Shown: piece by piece, positions 46,686 through 56,772 of the stretch
How the letters are laid out: every line of letters starts with the position of its first letter
Position numbering within the stretch: position 1 is the stretch's first letter
Source of the DNA: a virus
Length of the DNA stretch: 64,000 nt
Virus record (IMG/VR): IMGVR_UViG_2822571654_000002
Direction: 5' to 3' (one strand)
Notes under the pieces: model-generated
The model's input: only the letters and a program-made list of their open reading frames with translations
What the model was told of the DNA's origin: nothing
Database searches by the model: none
Program-made: the position numbers and the translations under genes

Positions 46686-48590
46686 ATGGCTTTTAATTAT
46701 AATCCTAATCATTTTTTAGATACAAAACCTTTTATTTATCAAAATGAGTATTTGAGAGAACCACAGATACAAGGATATTATCATGTTTATGAACACTTTA
46801 TGATTAAACAAAAAACTTCACACGCTGTGATGGTTCTACCTACAGGGGTTGGTAAAACAGGAATAATGGCATTATTACCGTACGGTATTAGTAAAGGTAG
46901 AGTATTAATAATTGCTCCACAAATAGTCATTAAAGAAACTGTAATAGATGCTCTAAATCCTATTTTACCAGATAATTTTTGGCTTAAACGAAAGGTTCTT
47001 GATCGTCCGAATGATTTACCTTCATTAATTGAATTTGAGGGCAAGAAAACGAAAAGGGAAGTATTAGAAGCTGCAAATATTGTAGTGGTCAATATTCAAA
47101 AGCTTCAAAGTAGATTGGATTCTTCACCTTTAAATTTCCTGCCGGATGATTTCTTTGATTTAATATTAATAGACGAAGCACATCATTCTGTTGCTAAAAC
47201 ATGGGTGGAAACCACACAGTATTTTTCAAAAGCAAAAGTTGTGAAAGTAACTGGAACACCATTTAGAACTGATAACGAAAAAATAGCTGGCGAATTAGTA
47301 TATAAATATAAGTTGAGTCAAGCTATGGCAAATGGGTATGTAAAATCCTTAGAGAATTTCGAATACATACCAGAGAAACTGTATTTAACGATTGACGGAG
47401 ATCGTACTAAAAAATACACCGTGGAAGAAATTTATAAATTAGGACTGAAAGATGAGGAATGGGTAAGTAGGTCTGTTGCCTATTCTCCTGAGTGCTCAAA
47501 AAGTGTGGTTCAGAAGAGTATTGAACTACTAGAAGAAAAATTAAGAAATACACAAGTTCCTCATAAAATAATAGCTGTTGCCTCAGATATAAAACACGCC
47601 CAAGAAATCGAGATGTTATACAACGAAAAGGGGTATTCAACTGCTATAGTTCATAGTGGATTACCTGAAGAACAAAAGGAAAAAGCTTTAAACGATATAA
47701 AAAATCATAGAGTAAAGGTTGTTATCAATGTATCTATGTTAGGTGAAGGGTATGATCATCCATATCTTTCTATTGCAGCCATCTTTAGAGCATTTCGTAA
47801 CCCTTTACCCTACGCTCAGTTTGTTGGCAGAATTTTAAGGTCAATTCCACAAGATGAAGTAAAAAAAGCGTCCGACAATATTGGACAGATTGTGGCTCAT
47901 AAGCATCTAGCTTTAGATGAACTCTGGGAATACTATAAAACAGAAATTCAGGAAAGTGAGGTTATTCAGCATCTTAAAGCTTATGATAGTCTAGATTCTA
48001 CAGAAGAGACTAATAAGCAGTCCTCTTCCTCAACTCCTACAAAAAATCATGATGATTCAATAGGTCAAGCCACAGAAATTGGAGAAGGAACGCTTATAGG
48101 AGATGCATATTTAACAACAAAACTTATTGAACAAAAGAAAAAAGAAGATAGAGAAAGAGAACAAAAAATTATCGATATACAAAAACTTTTAAATTTGGAA
48201 CGTAAAGAAGCAGAAAGAATCTTGAATCAAGCCTCAGTGGAACAATCAGTAATCAAGCGCCCAGATCTTTACTTCGAGAGTAAAAGAAAAGATATTGATA
48301 TCACAATAAAAGAAAAAATTGTTCCTGATTTATTAGTGAAATTTTCTATAGATAAAAAGGGGAATGATTTAAAAAACATCGGTCTCTTTAGACAGCAATA
48401 CACTTGGATTCCTAAAAAAATTAAAGACAACGGCGGAATGTTAGCAGTATATTTTAGTACTTACCTCAAATCTGAAATTGGTGCTAGCAAGGATAATTGG
48501 ACCATAGACGATTATGATATTGCGTATGAAAAATTACCACAAATAGTAGAGTATGTAGAAAAAGTTATAGAGGATAACATAAATTCATAA
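46686..48590 (+). CDS. SF2 (ResIII-like DEAH) helicase
   Basis: LPTGVGKT, IDEAHH, TGTPFR, MLGEGYD, FVGRILR; long C-terminal extension. Confidence 0.9.
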   Translation: MAFNYNPNHFLDTKPFIYQNEYLREPQIQGYYHVYEHFMIKQKTSHAVMVLPTGVGKTGIMALLPYGISKGRVLIIAPQIVIKETVIDALNPILPDNFWLKRKVLDRPNDLPSLIEFEGKKTKREVLEAANIVVVNIQKLQSRLDSSPLNFLPDDFFDLILIDEAHHSVAKTWVETTQYFSKAKVVKVTGTPFRTDNEKIAGELVYKYKLSQAMANGYVKSLENFEYIPEKLYLTIDGDRTKKYTVEEIYKLGLKDEEWVSRSVAYSPECSKSVVQKSIELLEEKLRNTQVPHKIIAVASDIKHAQEIEMLYNEKGYSTAIVHSGLPEEQKEKALNDIKNHRVKVVINVSMLGEGYDHPYLSIAAIFRAFRNPLPYAQFVGRILRSIPQDEVKKASDNIGQIVAHKHLALDELWEYYKTEIQESEVIQHLKAYDSLDSTEETNKQSSSSTPTKNHDDSIGQATEIGEGTLIGDAYLTTKLIEQKKKEDREREQKIIDIQKLLNLERKEAERILNQASVEQSVIKRPDLYFESKRKDIDITIKEKIVPDLLVKFSIDKKGNDLKNIGLFRQQYTWIPKKIKDNGGMLAVYFSTYLKSEIGASKDNWTIDDYDIAYEKLPQIVEYVEKVIEDNINS

Positions 48591-48645
48591 AGAATCTGTT
48601 ACAATACGTTAGAGATAATTTTAATAATAATTGGAGGAGTGAAGA

Positions 48646-48978
48646 ATGTTAAACGAAAATATTAAACAGATATATGATTTGTTAAACTCCCCTGTGTTAA
48701 CACCATATAATTTACTGGAAAACGCAAAGTTAGATAATTATTCTTATGTTAATTATTACAAGGGCGAATCTGGAATAATCTGTGAGATGAAATGCATTGT
48801 AGAAGACGGTACTGAAGTTCGATACTTTTACCATTTTGATAAAGATGACTTCTTATTTAGAGTTTATATGGAACAATCAAATAAAGAAAAAGTTATTGTT
48901 TTTGATCGTGAACAAGAACTTAATAATACAGTTAATAAGTATCTCTCAACCAAGCAGCAAAATACTGCTGCGATTTAA
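48646..48978 (+). CDS. 110-aa hypothetical partner of the helicase
   Basis: GGAGGAG SD 55 nt after the helicase stop; shared terminator near 49030-49056. Confidence 0.75.
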   Translation: MLNENIKQIYDLLNSPVLTPYNLLENAKLDNYSYVNYYKGESGIICEMKCIVEDGTEVRYFYHFDKDDFLFRVYMEQSNKEKVIVFDREQELNNTVNKYLSTKQQNTAAI

Positions 48979-49138
48979 AATACATTAACAACAATAGGAT
49001 ATTAATAACATAAAAATACATCCGTATAAGAGCACTCAAAAGAGTGCTCTTATTTTTAACTTCGACAAAATATGACAAGTTATTTGTAACTGATTTGTTA
49101 TGATTATTCATAATCTTACATTTTTACGGAGGAACATT

Positions 49139-50314
49139 ATGCCTAATCCAACTAGGATATTTATTAGCTCTGCATACGACACTCAATTAATCCCATTACG
49201 TTTAGGATTAAAAACACAATTGGAGGAATCTGGTCATTACCCTTTATTATTTGAGGAGAACTTCTTTCCTTGGGAATCAGATTTCATGGATACCTGTTTA
49301 AGAAAAGTAGAAGAATCTGATATCTTTATTTTAATTATTAATCAAAACGTAGGTACGTATTGGGAGGAAGATAAGACAACACCTACATACATGGAATTTT
49401 ACACAGCTATCAAAGAGGGAAAGTATATAATAGCTTTTCTTGATGTTGAAATTAGAGACCTCTACAATCAACATATTAAAGATCCTTTAAAAGCTAAGTA
49501 TAATGAATACTTTACTGAGCACAATAAGAATCCTGATTATACAATTGATATTGTTAGAGATGTCCTTCAAAATGACGTAGGAAAGTACCAATTGCCAAAA
49601 ATTTCACATATCCATCCGTTTATTTGGGCTTTTATTTATGACGTTCAATATCAAAACATATGGACAGAAAATCTCGTTATTGCTGAATCCCCTAACTTTT
49701 ACTCGAAAGTAAAAAGTTATTTAAGTGACAGACTTGGTGAAGGTATTAAGCTAGTACCAATGAAAAAGGAAATTTATCAAAATGCAATAGCTGCCAATGA
49801 ATTTACGTTGTATCAAGATTACACCTCAAGACAAGTATCCTTTCTAGAAGAAGGAAAAATTACAGATTGGACGTCTTTCTTATATAATGGGATTTCCCCT
49901 CTTCAAGGCGGAGAAATTTATCGAAGACCAAACACTGCCTTAGCGGAACGAATTGGTACTTTTCAAAACTGCAATGCTATGACTGTTTATAAACGCGTTA
50001 AGGATAAAATGAAACTATGCGGTTGCTGTGGTTCTACAACACCAACACCAGAATACAATTTAAATGATGAAGAATCCTATGTCGCTACCTCTTATAACCA
50101 AAATACTACCGAGATAGGATATTCTGAAGAAAAGAATTTGTTATACTACACCTTAAAAACCAAAGAATATGTACTATGTTTCCATTATCCAATTAATATG
50201 ATTTCAGGGAAAGCGACGGCTTACAAAAAAGAAATAAACTGTGCTATAATAAGCAATACATTATTTACAGATTTCTTAGCTGATCTTATAGGAGGGTTAA
50301 ATTATGAAGAATAG
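49139..50314 (+). CDS. DUF4062 (TIR-like) domain protein with unassigned C-terminal domain
   Basis: RIFISS...CLRKVEESDIFILII...G...TYMEFYTA. Confidence 0.8.
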   Translation: MPNPTRIFISSAYDTQLIPLRLGLKTQLEESGHYPLLFEENFFPWESDFMDTCLRKVEESDIFILIINQNVGTYWEEDKTTPTYMEFYTAIKEGKYIIAFLDVEIRDLYNQHIKDPLKAKYNEYFTEHNKNPDYTIDIVRDVLQNDVGKYQLPKISHIHPFIWAFIYDVQYQNIWTENLVIAESPNFYSKVKSYLSDRLGEGIKLVPMKKEIYQNAIAANEFTLYQDYTSRQVSFLEEGKITDWTSFLYNGISPLQGGEIYRRPNTALAERIGTFQNCNAMTVYKRVKDKMKLCGCCGSTTPTPEYNLNDEESYVATSYNQNTTEIGYSEEKNLLYYTLKTKEYVLCFHYPINMISGKATAYKKEINCAIISNTLFTDFLADLIGGLNYEE

Positions 50315-50489
50315 TAATAAAATTTACGAAAACGGTAATGTAATATTAGTTTCCTCCGAGCCAGCAGGAAAACGACATGGATATACAAATAGACGCATGG
50401 ATAAAATCAAATCATCCAGTATCGCTGTTCTAAAAGTTTTAGAGGAAATCAATACTAATTATCCAAAAAAAGCGGATAATCATCGATAG
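50304..50489 (+). CDS. 61-aa basic protein overlapping the DUF4062 gene end
   Basis: GGAGG SD inside the upstream gene; terminator AAAAAGCCTC/GAGGCTTTTT just after. Confidence 0.65.
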   Translation: MKNSNKIYENGNVILVSSEPAGKRHGYTNRRMDKIKSSSIAVLKVLEEINTNYPKKADNHR

Positions 50490-50679
50490 AGTTGCACATA
50501 AAAAGCCTCTTATTTGAGGCTTTTTTGTTTGTTAAGAAATATTAATACAAAAAGGTTTCCATTTAGAATTACCTCACATGCCTATTACCCCAAAAAATTC
50601 TCCACTTGAGGTGACATCCATAAAACGTGGATTTGAATCCTATTTCTCAATAACTGCTTTACATCAGTGATAAAATAAT

Positions 50680-50718
50680 ATGGTTCAAGTCGTAGAAAGG
50701 CACCTTAAGGTGTCTTTT
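50680..50718 (+). repeat. Cassette-boundary repeat copy 1
   Basis: ATGGTTCAAGTCGTAGAAAGGCACCTTAAGGTGTCTTTT. Confidence 0.9.
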
Positions 50719-50827
50719 CTTGACATATCCATAAAGATTACACAAATTAAATAAAATTCATGTTACATAAAGATAATGGTATCATGTATATCATTAAAAT
50801 CTTTGTTAATAATATACATGATACTTT

Positions 50828-51898
50828 TTAACGGATTGTAAAAAGTTCTTTCCATCCTACAGGGAAACCTAAATAATTTTGAACATCCAATATTGGATCT
50901 AATCTTTGAATTTCTTCTTCCAAAACCATTAAAAATGAATTCCATTGGCTTGCTATTTTTGTATTTTCAAATAAAAACAACTTATGAAATACATAAAAAC
51001 AAGCAATCAATTGATTTCGCAACTTAGGTTTACTTTTAATATTAGGGCAAAATGCCGGTAAATCAGCCCTGAAAATTTGCGGCGGTTTTGTAAAATTAGC
51101 CCCATATAGCCTTGAATGATGCGAAATCTTATTACGTAATAACCTAATTGACGCAATCCAGCCGCTAAATGCTTTATGATATGTAGGGTGATCATATATA
51201 GATTTTATATAACCTTGCAATTGCGATTTATTTATTTGAGTTAAAAACGTCTCAAATTCACCAAAAGTCAGTTCTTCTACTAATACCCAAAGTGGAATAT
51301 AATCACTTTTATATTTTCGATGATGCTGGATAGGTAAAGAATTTGATTCCTTTATTCTTGATTCTATTTTAAGAATGATTTTTTTTGCCCATTCCTCACT
51401 TTGATATAAATTTAAATCTAAATAACATTGAGCCATAAAGAATTTTTCATTCTCATAATTATTCCCTAAATAATTCACCAAGCTACCTTTCCACTTATTT
51501 TCAAAATAACTTGTAAATTCATAAAGATTCGATTTCAAAAATTCATCAAAGTAATATAAATTAAGAGCATCTGTAAAGGAATATTTCTTTGCATCTTGCC
51601 TTCTTGGTAATAACTTTGGATAAATGGAGAAACGGTAATAATTAATGTCCCTAAAAAAATTCTTTGCAGTTATTTGCTCAGAATCTGAAAACGTTAATTT
51701 TTTACCTAATTCCTTAATTAAACGATCCATACTTAAGAAATCTTTAACTGTTTCCCCATAAAGTTTTGCATTTTTCAAAATTGAATCAGATGTCTCATTA
51801 CTTTCCACCATACGGTTTCTACGCATAATATGAATTCGCCTACTATTTATCTTGCTCCGTCCATTTTTAGGTTTTCTACATGTACGATATCTAGCCAA
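50828..51898 (-). CDS. Abi family (AbiD/AbiF, Abi_2) HEPN protein
   Basis: INYYRFSIY, YYFDEFLK, IPLWVLVEELTFG, RNKISHH (RxxxxH); GAGGAGG SD before TTG at 51898. Confidence 0.9.
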   Translation of the reverse strand: MARYRTCRKPKNGRSKINSRRIHIMRRNRMVESNETSDSILKNAKLYGETVKDFLSMDRLIKELGKKLTFSDSEQITAKNFFRDINYYRFSIYPKLLPRRQDAKKYSFTDALNLYYFDEFLKSNLYEFTSYFENKWKGSLVNYLGNNYENEKFFMAQCYLDLNLYQSEEWAKKIILKIESRIKESNSLPIQHHRKYKSDYIPLWVLVEELTFGEFETFLTQINKSQLQGYIKSIYDHPTYHKAFSGWIASIRLLRNKISHHSRLYGANFTKPPQIFRADLPAFCPNIKSKPKLRNQLIACFYVFHKLFLFENTKIASQWNSFLMVLEEEIQRLDPILDVQNYLGFPVGWKELFTIR

Positions 51899-51942
51899 TT
51901 CTATCCTCCTCATCGCCTTTCTAAAATTTCAGAAAAAGCGCA

Positions 51943-52001
51943 TAAAAAAAAAGACTTGTCATAATGCGCAGTCATTTGACTTAAGCGTGACAAGTTCTGG
52001 T
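51943..52001 (-). ncRNA. abiF-type hairpin RNA (candidate antitoxin or attenuator)
   Basis: ACTTGTCA/TGACAAGT stem (51954-51995) followed by a U9 tract on the minus strand, between promoter and Abi gene. Confidence 0.65.
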
Positions 52002-52007
52002 AGACTT

Positions 52008-52036
52008 ATCTTAACCTAGTGTTTGTTTTTTGTCAA
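52008..52036 (-). promoter_or_regulatory. SigA promoter for abi RNA and gene
   Basis: TTGACA-N17-TAAGAT on the minus strand. Confidence 0.8.
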
Positions 52037-52210
52037 TTAATAATTTGACATTTATTTCTCATATGAAATAATCCGCGGGTTCAAAAAATCAAAGTAATAC
52101 TTACTGTAAGTAAGGTTAATAAATTGTATTAGTTTTGGAGATAAGAAAGAGGAAACGACCAGTTCCTCCTTGGTTCTATTTATTTTCCATTCATTGAAAA
52201 CTGCTATAAA

Positions 52211-52312
52211 ACACACATTAAATATCTCAGAAAACCTCTCGGTTTGACGTTAGAACAACTATCAGAAAAAAATCGATTATCTCATAGACTGATTAAAAAT
52301 AATAAAACCTGA
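52211..52312 (+). pseudogene. XRE HTH remnant
   Basis: HIKYLRKPLGLTLEQLSEK with no start codon and an early stop. Confidence 0.55.
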
Positions 52313-52346
52313 TAAAAACAGGGTAACTTAACTACAAACAATGGTT

Positions 52347-53348
52347 CTATTCCCACCACTTATTACCCTTCCAAGGATTCGAAATATCGTGAATGATTAA
52401 CAAGACATGATCGACAAAAAACATTACATGCTTATATTCCTCATCTGTACAGTATTCCATTAATCCTCTTTTTATATTGAGATACCTCTCTCTAGTCGAT
52501 GGGTGTTCTTCATCCCCTTGATGTGGGAATTTATCACGAAGTGCTAATGCGATCATCGTGTATAATGGTCCTCCCATATAATTATACGGGAGGTATGTAT
52601 TTTGATTATTGTTCAACATTAAATCCAATGCAAATTCATCGGCCAAATATTCCTCCTCATGGTATATATTACCACCCCTGATATTATGACCTCCAAAAGG
52701 AAACATATCCTCGCCACTATGCACAGTATGCTTTAGAAAGTGGTGCCCAATCTCATGGGCTATCACAAATGTTAACATACCTTCAATTATATTTCCGTAA
52801 TTGTCAAGTTCTTGTGTTAATAAATGTAGTGGGAGTTTTCCATTATAAATAAGTGCCTCTTCACTCTTTTCAGGTAACGCCGCAACTTTTAAATCTAATA
52901 ATTCTCCCAAAATCTTCCGATCACTTTCATCCTCTGTTGTGGCTGTAGAAACAATAGTAGCGGTTAATCCCGCAATGATTGATAACACATATCCAATTTC
53001 AAAGTTAAGTGTAATAAGATATCCTTTATACTCTGGATCAATTATACGAGCTATTGCATTTGGTAATGGATCTGTATCATTCATTTTTACTCCTATAAAC
53101 ACCTTTTGTAGTTCAATTTTTAATTTTTCGTCTGCTTGTTCTACCAATCTCTCCATTATAATTTGGATAACAGCATGATTTGAATACCATAAATCCATTT
53201 CTTTTAGCTTTTCAAATAATTCTTCAACATCAGGTATATCCACTAAATCTGGAAACATCTGAGCAAGTTCTTCTGCATAATCACCCATTAAATTTCCACT
53301 AATTTTTTTATTTTCATCAAAAAATTGATCTTTTGTGTATTTATCCAT
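52347..53348 (-). CDS. HExxH zinc metalloprotease (Lit/U49- or M48/IrrE-like)
   Basis: FVIAHEIGHHFLKH...EEYLADEFA...HPSTRERY; no signal peptide. Confidence 0.75.
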   Translation of the reverse strand: MDKYTKDQFFDENKKISGNLMGDYAEELAQMFPDLVDIPDVEELFEKLKEMDLWYSNHAVIQIIMERLVEQADEKLKIELQKVFIGVKMNDTDPLPNAIARIIDPEYKGYLITLNFEIGYVLSIIAGLTATIVSTATTEDESDRKILGELLDLKVAALPEKSEEALIYNGKLPLHLLTQELDNYGNIIEGMLTFVIAHEIGHHFLKHTVHSGEDMFPFGGHNIRGGNIYHEEEYLADEFALDLMLNNNQNTYLPYNYMGGPLYTMIALALRDKFPHQGDEEHPSTRERYLNIKRGLMEYCTDEEYKHVMFFVDHVLLIIHDISNPWKGNKWWE

Positions 53349-54013
53349 CTTATTCTCCTCAGGTCAGTTTCTTTTATTTTGTATTTATTAATGATTCAAT
53401 ACCAAAATTATACACTCAATATCTGAGAAATAATATATAGTTATATTACTACACTAGAGTACAAATCAAATCTAATTTTTTTTTACATAATTTTACAAAA
53501 AACATATTGACATCACTTTTGGCGTTCCTGCTGATGCGTATAGCTTTAAAGGTTCTTGGCGGTATGGGATTACTTTTAAAGTGAAAGATACAGAAATCAT
53601 CATCAATTTAGAGTGGGGAGTTATTGCTCTATCTACCTTAGGAATATCTGTTACCTGAGTATAGTTCCTTTAAAAACAATTCTGGCTGACTTTGTATTAA
53701 CTCTGTATTTCCCTTTTCAAATTGCTCCATAACAAATAAATAAAAACATAAATTATTATTTATTTTTGAAATTTTACTATATAAGTTATTTATAAACGGG
53801 ATTCTTATTGTCACAAAAATCACCTCTTCCCTCTCTTATTCGTAGAATACAACTTTTTTCAGAAATCCAACCTTATTTTTTTAATGAGAGGTCCCATACA
53901 TATTATTAAAATAAACAATATCTGTTATAAGGTGATATAATTAATTATTGATATATAAGAATTTAAAAAGGGGATTAAAAGGCATGTATTAGCCTATATA
54001 GGAGGGGATTCAG

Positions 54014-55075
54014 TTGAAGAAAATATTTATTAGTCATTCAACTAAAGACGGAGATTTAGCAATAAAACTTATGGATATGCTACAAAGTCAGTTTAATTTA
54101 ACAAGAGATAATTTCTTTCTCACCTCAGACGAACAGTTAACGATAGGAGGAAATTGGATCGAAGAAATTCGAGAAGCAATGTACAATGCAAGTATTGTAC
54201 TTCCTATAATTACACCAAACTTTTTAGAAAGTAAATTCTGTATATGTGAGTTAGGAGCAGCTTGGGTTAATCAACACGCGTTAGTACCCGTAATTATTCC
54301 ACCTTTAGATTATAATGCATTGGCAGATACACCTTATCGTTCATGGGTACAATCAATTATATTAAAGAGCGAAGATGATTTAGGAAGAATTGCACAAGCA
54401 ATGTCTGATAGAGATCTAGGGAAAGTTAGTATACCTCGTTTTATTACACGAGCAAGAACGTTCTATAACGAAACGGTAATTCCCTTTACTTCTACGATGA
54501 AACAAAAAGAGGTTATAACACCCGAGCTAGTAAAAACATTAAGGGAACAGCTGAATTCATATAAGGGAGCATATAACGAAGTTGAAAAAGAATTAGAACA
54601 AATTAAAGAAGAAAATAAAGCGCTTAGACGTATGAAAAATGCTGAACAAGTTAGGGAACTAGATTTTGCAAAAATGGGGGAATGGGACACATTCATGAAT
54701 GCAGTTGATAACCTGAAAGAAAAATTAAGAAGGTTGCCTAGTCTTGTACCAAGTATCTTGTATAACAATTTTAAAAAATCAAGAGGGAATGGATTGGGTT
54801 TCGTTGGAGCGATGGAGGACAATGCTTCATTAGAGAAGCTACAAAATGAGGGTTACATCGTACTTGATGATGAAGGATGGGAACCTAATTTTGAACATTC
54901 ATTTATAAATAATGCTAGTGAAGCTTTATACGAATTAGAACAAGTTATGAAAGCTAATAAAGATATAATTGAAGAAAAGTTTGAACATGAATACGGTGAT
55001 ATCCTTATGGGGCTTAAATATTCACCATTTTGGGAAGAGGTTCTTGGAGAATCCATAACACATTCGGAGCGTTAA
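54014..55075 (+). CDS. TIR domain plus coiled-coil protein
   Basis: IFISHSTKD...SKFCICELGAAW (catalytic Glu position intact); central coiled coil. Confidence 0.88.
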   Translation: MKKIFISHSTKDGDLAIKLMDMLQSQFNLTRDNFFLTSDEQLTIGGNWIEEIREAMYNASIVLPIITPNFLESKFCICELGAAWVNQHALVPVIIPPLDYNALADTPYRSWVQSIILKSEDDLGRIAQAMSDRDLGKVSIPRFITRARTFYNETVIPFTSTMKQKEVITPELVKTLREQLNSYKGAYNEVEKELEQIKEENKALRRMKNAEQVRELDFAKMGEWDTFMNAVDNLKEKLRRLPSLVPSILYNNFKKSRGNGLGFVGAMEDNASLEKLQNEGYIVLDDEGWEPNFEHSFINNASEALYELEQVMKANKDIIEEKFEHEYGDILMGLKYSPFWEEVLGESITHSER

Positions 55076-55448
55076 TGTAGTCAATTGTTGCTTTTAAATA
55101 ACGACAGGGTGTTTATAAAAAAAGTTGTGATGTTTTGCTCCTTTGGGTCTCTTAATCTAAAGAAGTGTTTTTACAGTAAAATTACATTTCCTGGAACACC
55201 GATAATATTGATATTAGTAGGCTCCATCCTAACGTATAGCCACTATTATTGATTACATAGCTAAATGTATAATTCCCTATAATTAAAACTCACGTTGGTC
55301 CATTCACAGTTACAGAAGTATTAATCGTTGCCGTGCTCCTTCTTGATTTAGTGAGTTATATGAATTTTCTTATTGATTTACTTCTTAAAATACGACATGA
55401 TAATAAATGAAATTAATAAATTAAATCAATTGGGAGATGGTATTAGTT

Positions 55449-55847
55449 ATGGTTAAATATGGATATGGCGGTTCTGAAGAAGCTTTGTATCTACAAGCTT
55501 ATGATTTAGCTGAGTCAGGTCATCCTACATTATTATTTAGTTTTGAATCGGCTACGATTAAGTTAGTGAACATACTTATGTCACACAAACTGAAGATCAA
55601 AATAGACGATCTTGATCTAACTGATAATGCTTTAGCTGCCAAGTTTAAACAACTTACAGAAGCGTTACCAGCTCCATTCAGATTTGTAGATACAGTAAAC
55701 TTGTCGCTACAGGAAATCAGCGACATAATTTCAAAAAACAAAGCATCCCATAAAATTACTCATGTTGTCTTTGATCGTGTGAATCCGCAAGACAGCAATG
55801 CAATAAATCAACTTGGTTTGAAGCTTAATGTAATTATTAAATACTAA
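55449..55847 (+). CDS. Degenerate RecA/DnaB-C-like domain protein
   Basis: TLLFSFES...HVVFD strands resemble the DnaB C-terminal fold; no P-loop. Confidence 0.5.
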   Translation: MVKYGYGGSEEALYLQAYDLAESGHPTLLFSFESATIKLVNILMSHKLKIKIDDLDLTDNALAAKFKQLTEALPAPFRFVDTVNLSLQEISDIISKNKASHKITHVVFDRVNPQDSNAINQLGLKLNVIIKY

Positions 55848-55920
55848 TTAATAGCGATGATCCAGACAGACGATTGAAAGCTCCGATTGCAGTACTAGAA
55901 TTAAACAACAAATAAAGACA

Positions 55921-55958
55921 GTTCCAATTAGAGAAAGACACCTTAGGGTGTCTTTTTT
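55921..55958 (+). repeat. Cassette-boundary repeat copy 2 (degenerate)
   Basis: GTTCCAATTAGAGAAAGACACCTTAGGGTGTCTTTTTT, ungapped alignment to consensus. Confidence 0.75.
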
Positions 55959-56017
55959 TAGTGGACAAACCAATATAAATTGTATTATAAAAATAATAGG
56001 ATAAAAAAGAAAGGTAA

Positions 56018-56227
56018 GTGAACATCATAATTAATTTTGAACCATTTAACCCAACTATAAATGACATAGCGATCAAACTTGCTATGGTATTGTTTATACC
56101 GTTATTCTTAGCATTGATTATCAAAGTGATACTTATGAAATTTATGAAAGAATCGATTGCTGGCAGACTAGCATATCTATCTTGTTTGTTTTTTATGTAC
56201 TATGTATTTAAATTTGTTACAGAGTAG
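56018..56227 (+). CDS. Small two-TM membrane protein
   Basis: AAGG SD, GTG start, two hydrophobic helices. Confidence 0.65.
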   Translation: MNIIINFEPFNPTINDIAIKLAMVLFIPLFLALIIKVILMKFMKESIAGRLAYLSCLFFMYYVFKFVTE

Positions 56228-56312
56228 CAATGCACCATATAGTGTCTTTTCTTTATCAAACATACGTTTTATCATTTCAAATAAATAGATTTATATTAGA
56301 AAGGAATATATT

Positions 56313-56546
56313 ATGGATTTTCAAGTAAATATACCAAGCCCCTTCCAAGCAATTCCTGAGAGTGCAGTGATTATCTTTTTGATTTTGATCTTGTTAGGTG
56401 CAGCACTATTAATTTTCTCAAATTGGATACAAGGTGTAATTCCTTATCGGACTAGACAATATATTAAAATTGGTTTTATGATACTGACACTTGTATTTAT
56501 CATACTAGCAATTAAAAAACCTGAATATATTACAGCTTTATTTTAA
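56313..56546 (+). CDS. Small two-TM membrane protein
   Basis: AAGGA SD; hydrophobic helices. Confidence 0.65.
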   Translation: MDFQVNIPSPFQAIPESAVIIFLILILLGAALLIFSNWIQGVIPYRTRQYIKIGFMILTLVFIILAIKKPEYITALF

Positions 56547-56772
56547 AAGTAGTTATGAGGATATTCTTTCCTTAATTAAATTAAGGCTTTAAGGTTATAT
56601 AAAAAGAGTAGCAAAATTAAAATACTACTCTTTAAAAATCCATATAATAGGGGTGTCATTGATGAAAGGGAATAATTTAAATTAGACTAATATGTTTCAA
56701 TAATCGTTCCATATGTTAATAAAGTTTCTTTCATCCTTAGTCTAGATAGCCTCTCGAAATATTAAGTCACAT

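Noticed and set aside
53480-53823. Short ORF fragments between the protease and TIR genes
   Set aside because: No recognisable family and low-complexity AT-rich translation; probably gene debris.
55090-55380. Protein-like minus-strand stretch after the TIR gene
   Set aside because: Interrupted by stops in every frame examined; cannot be assigned.
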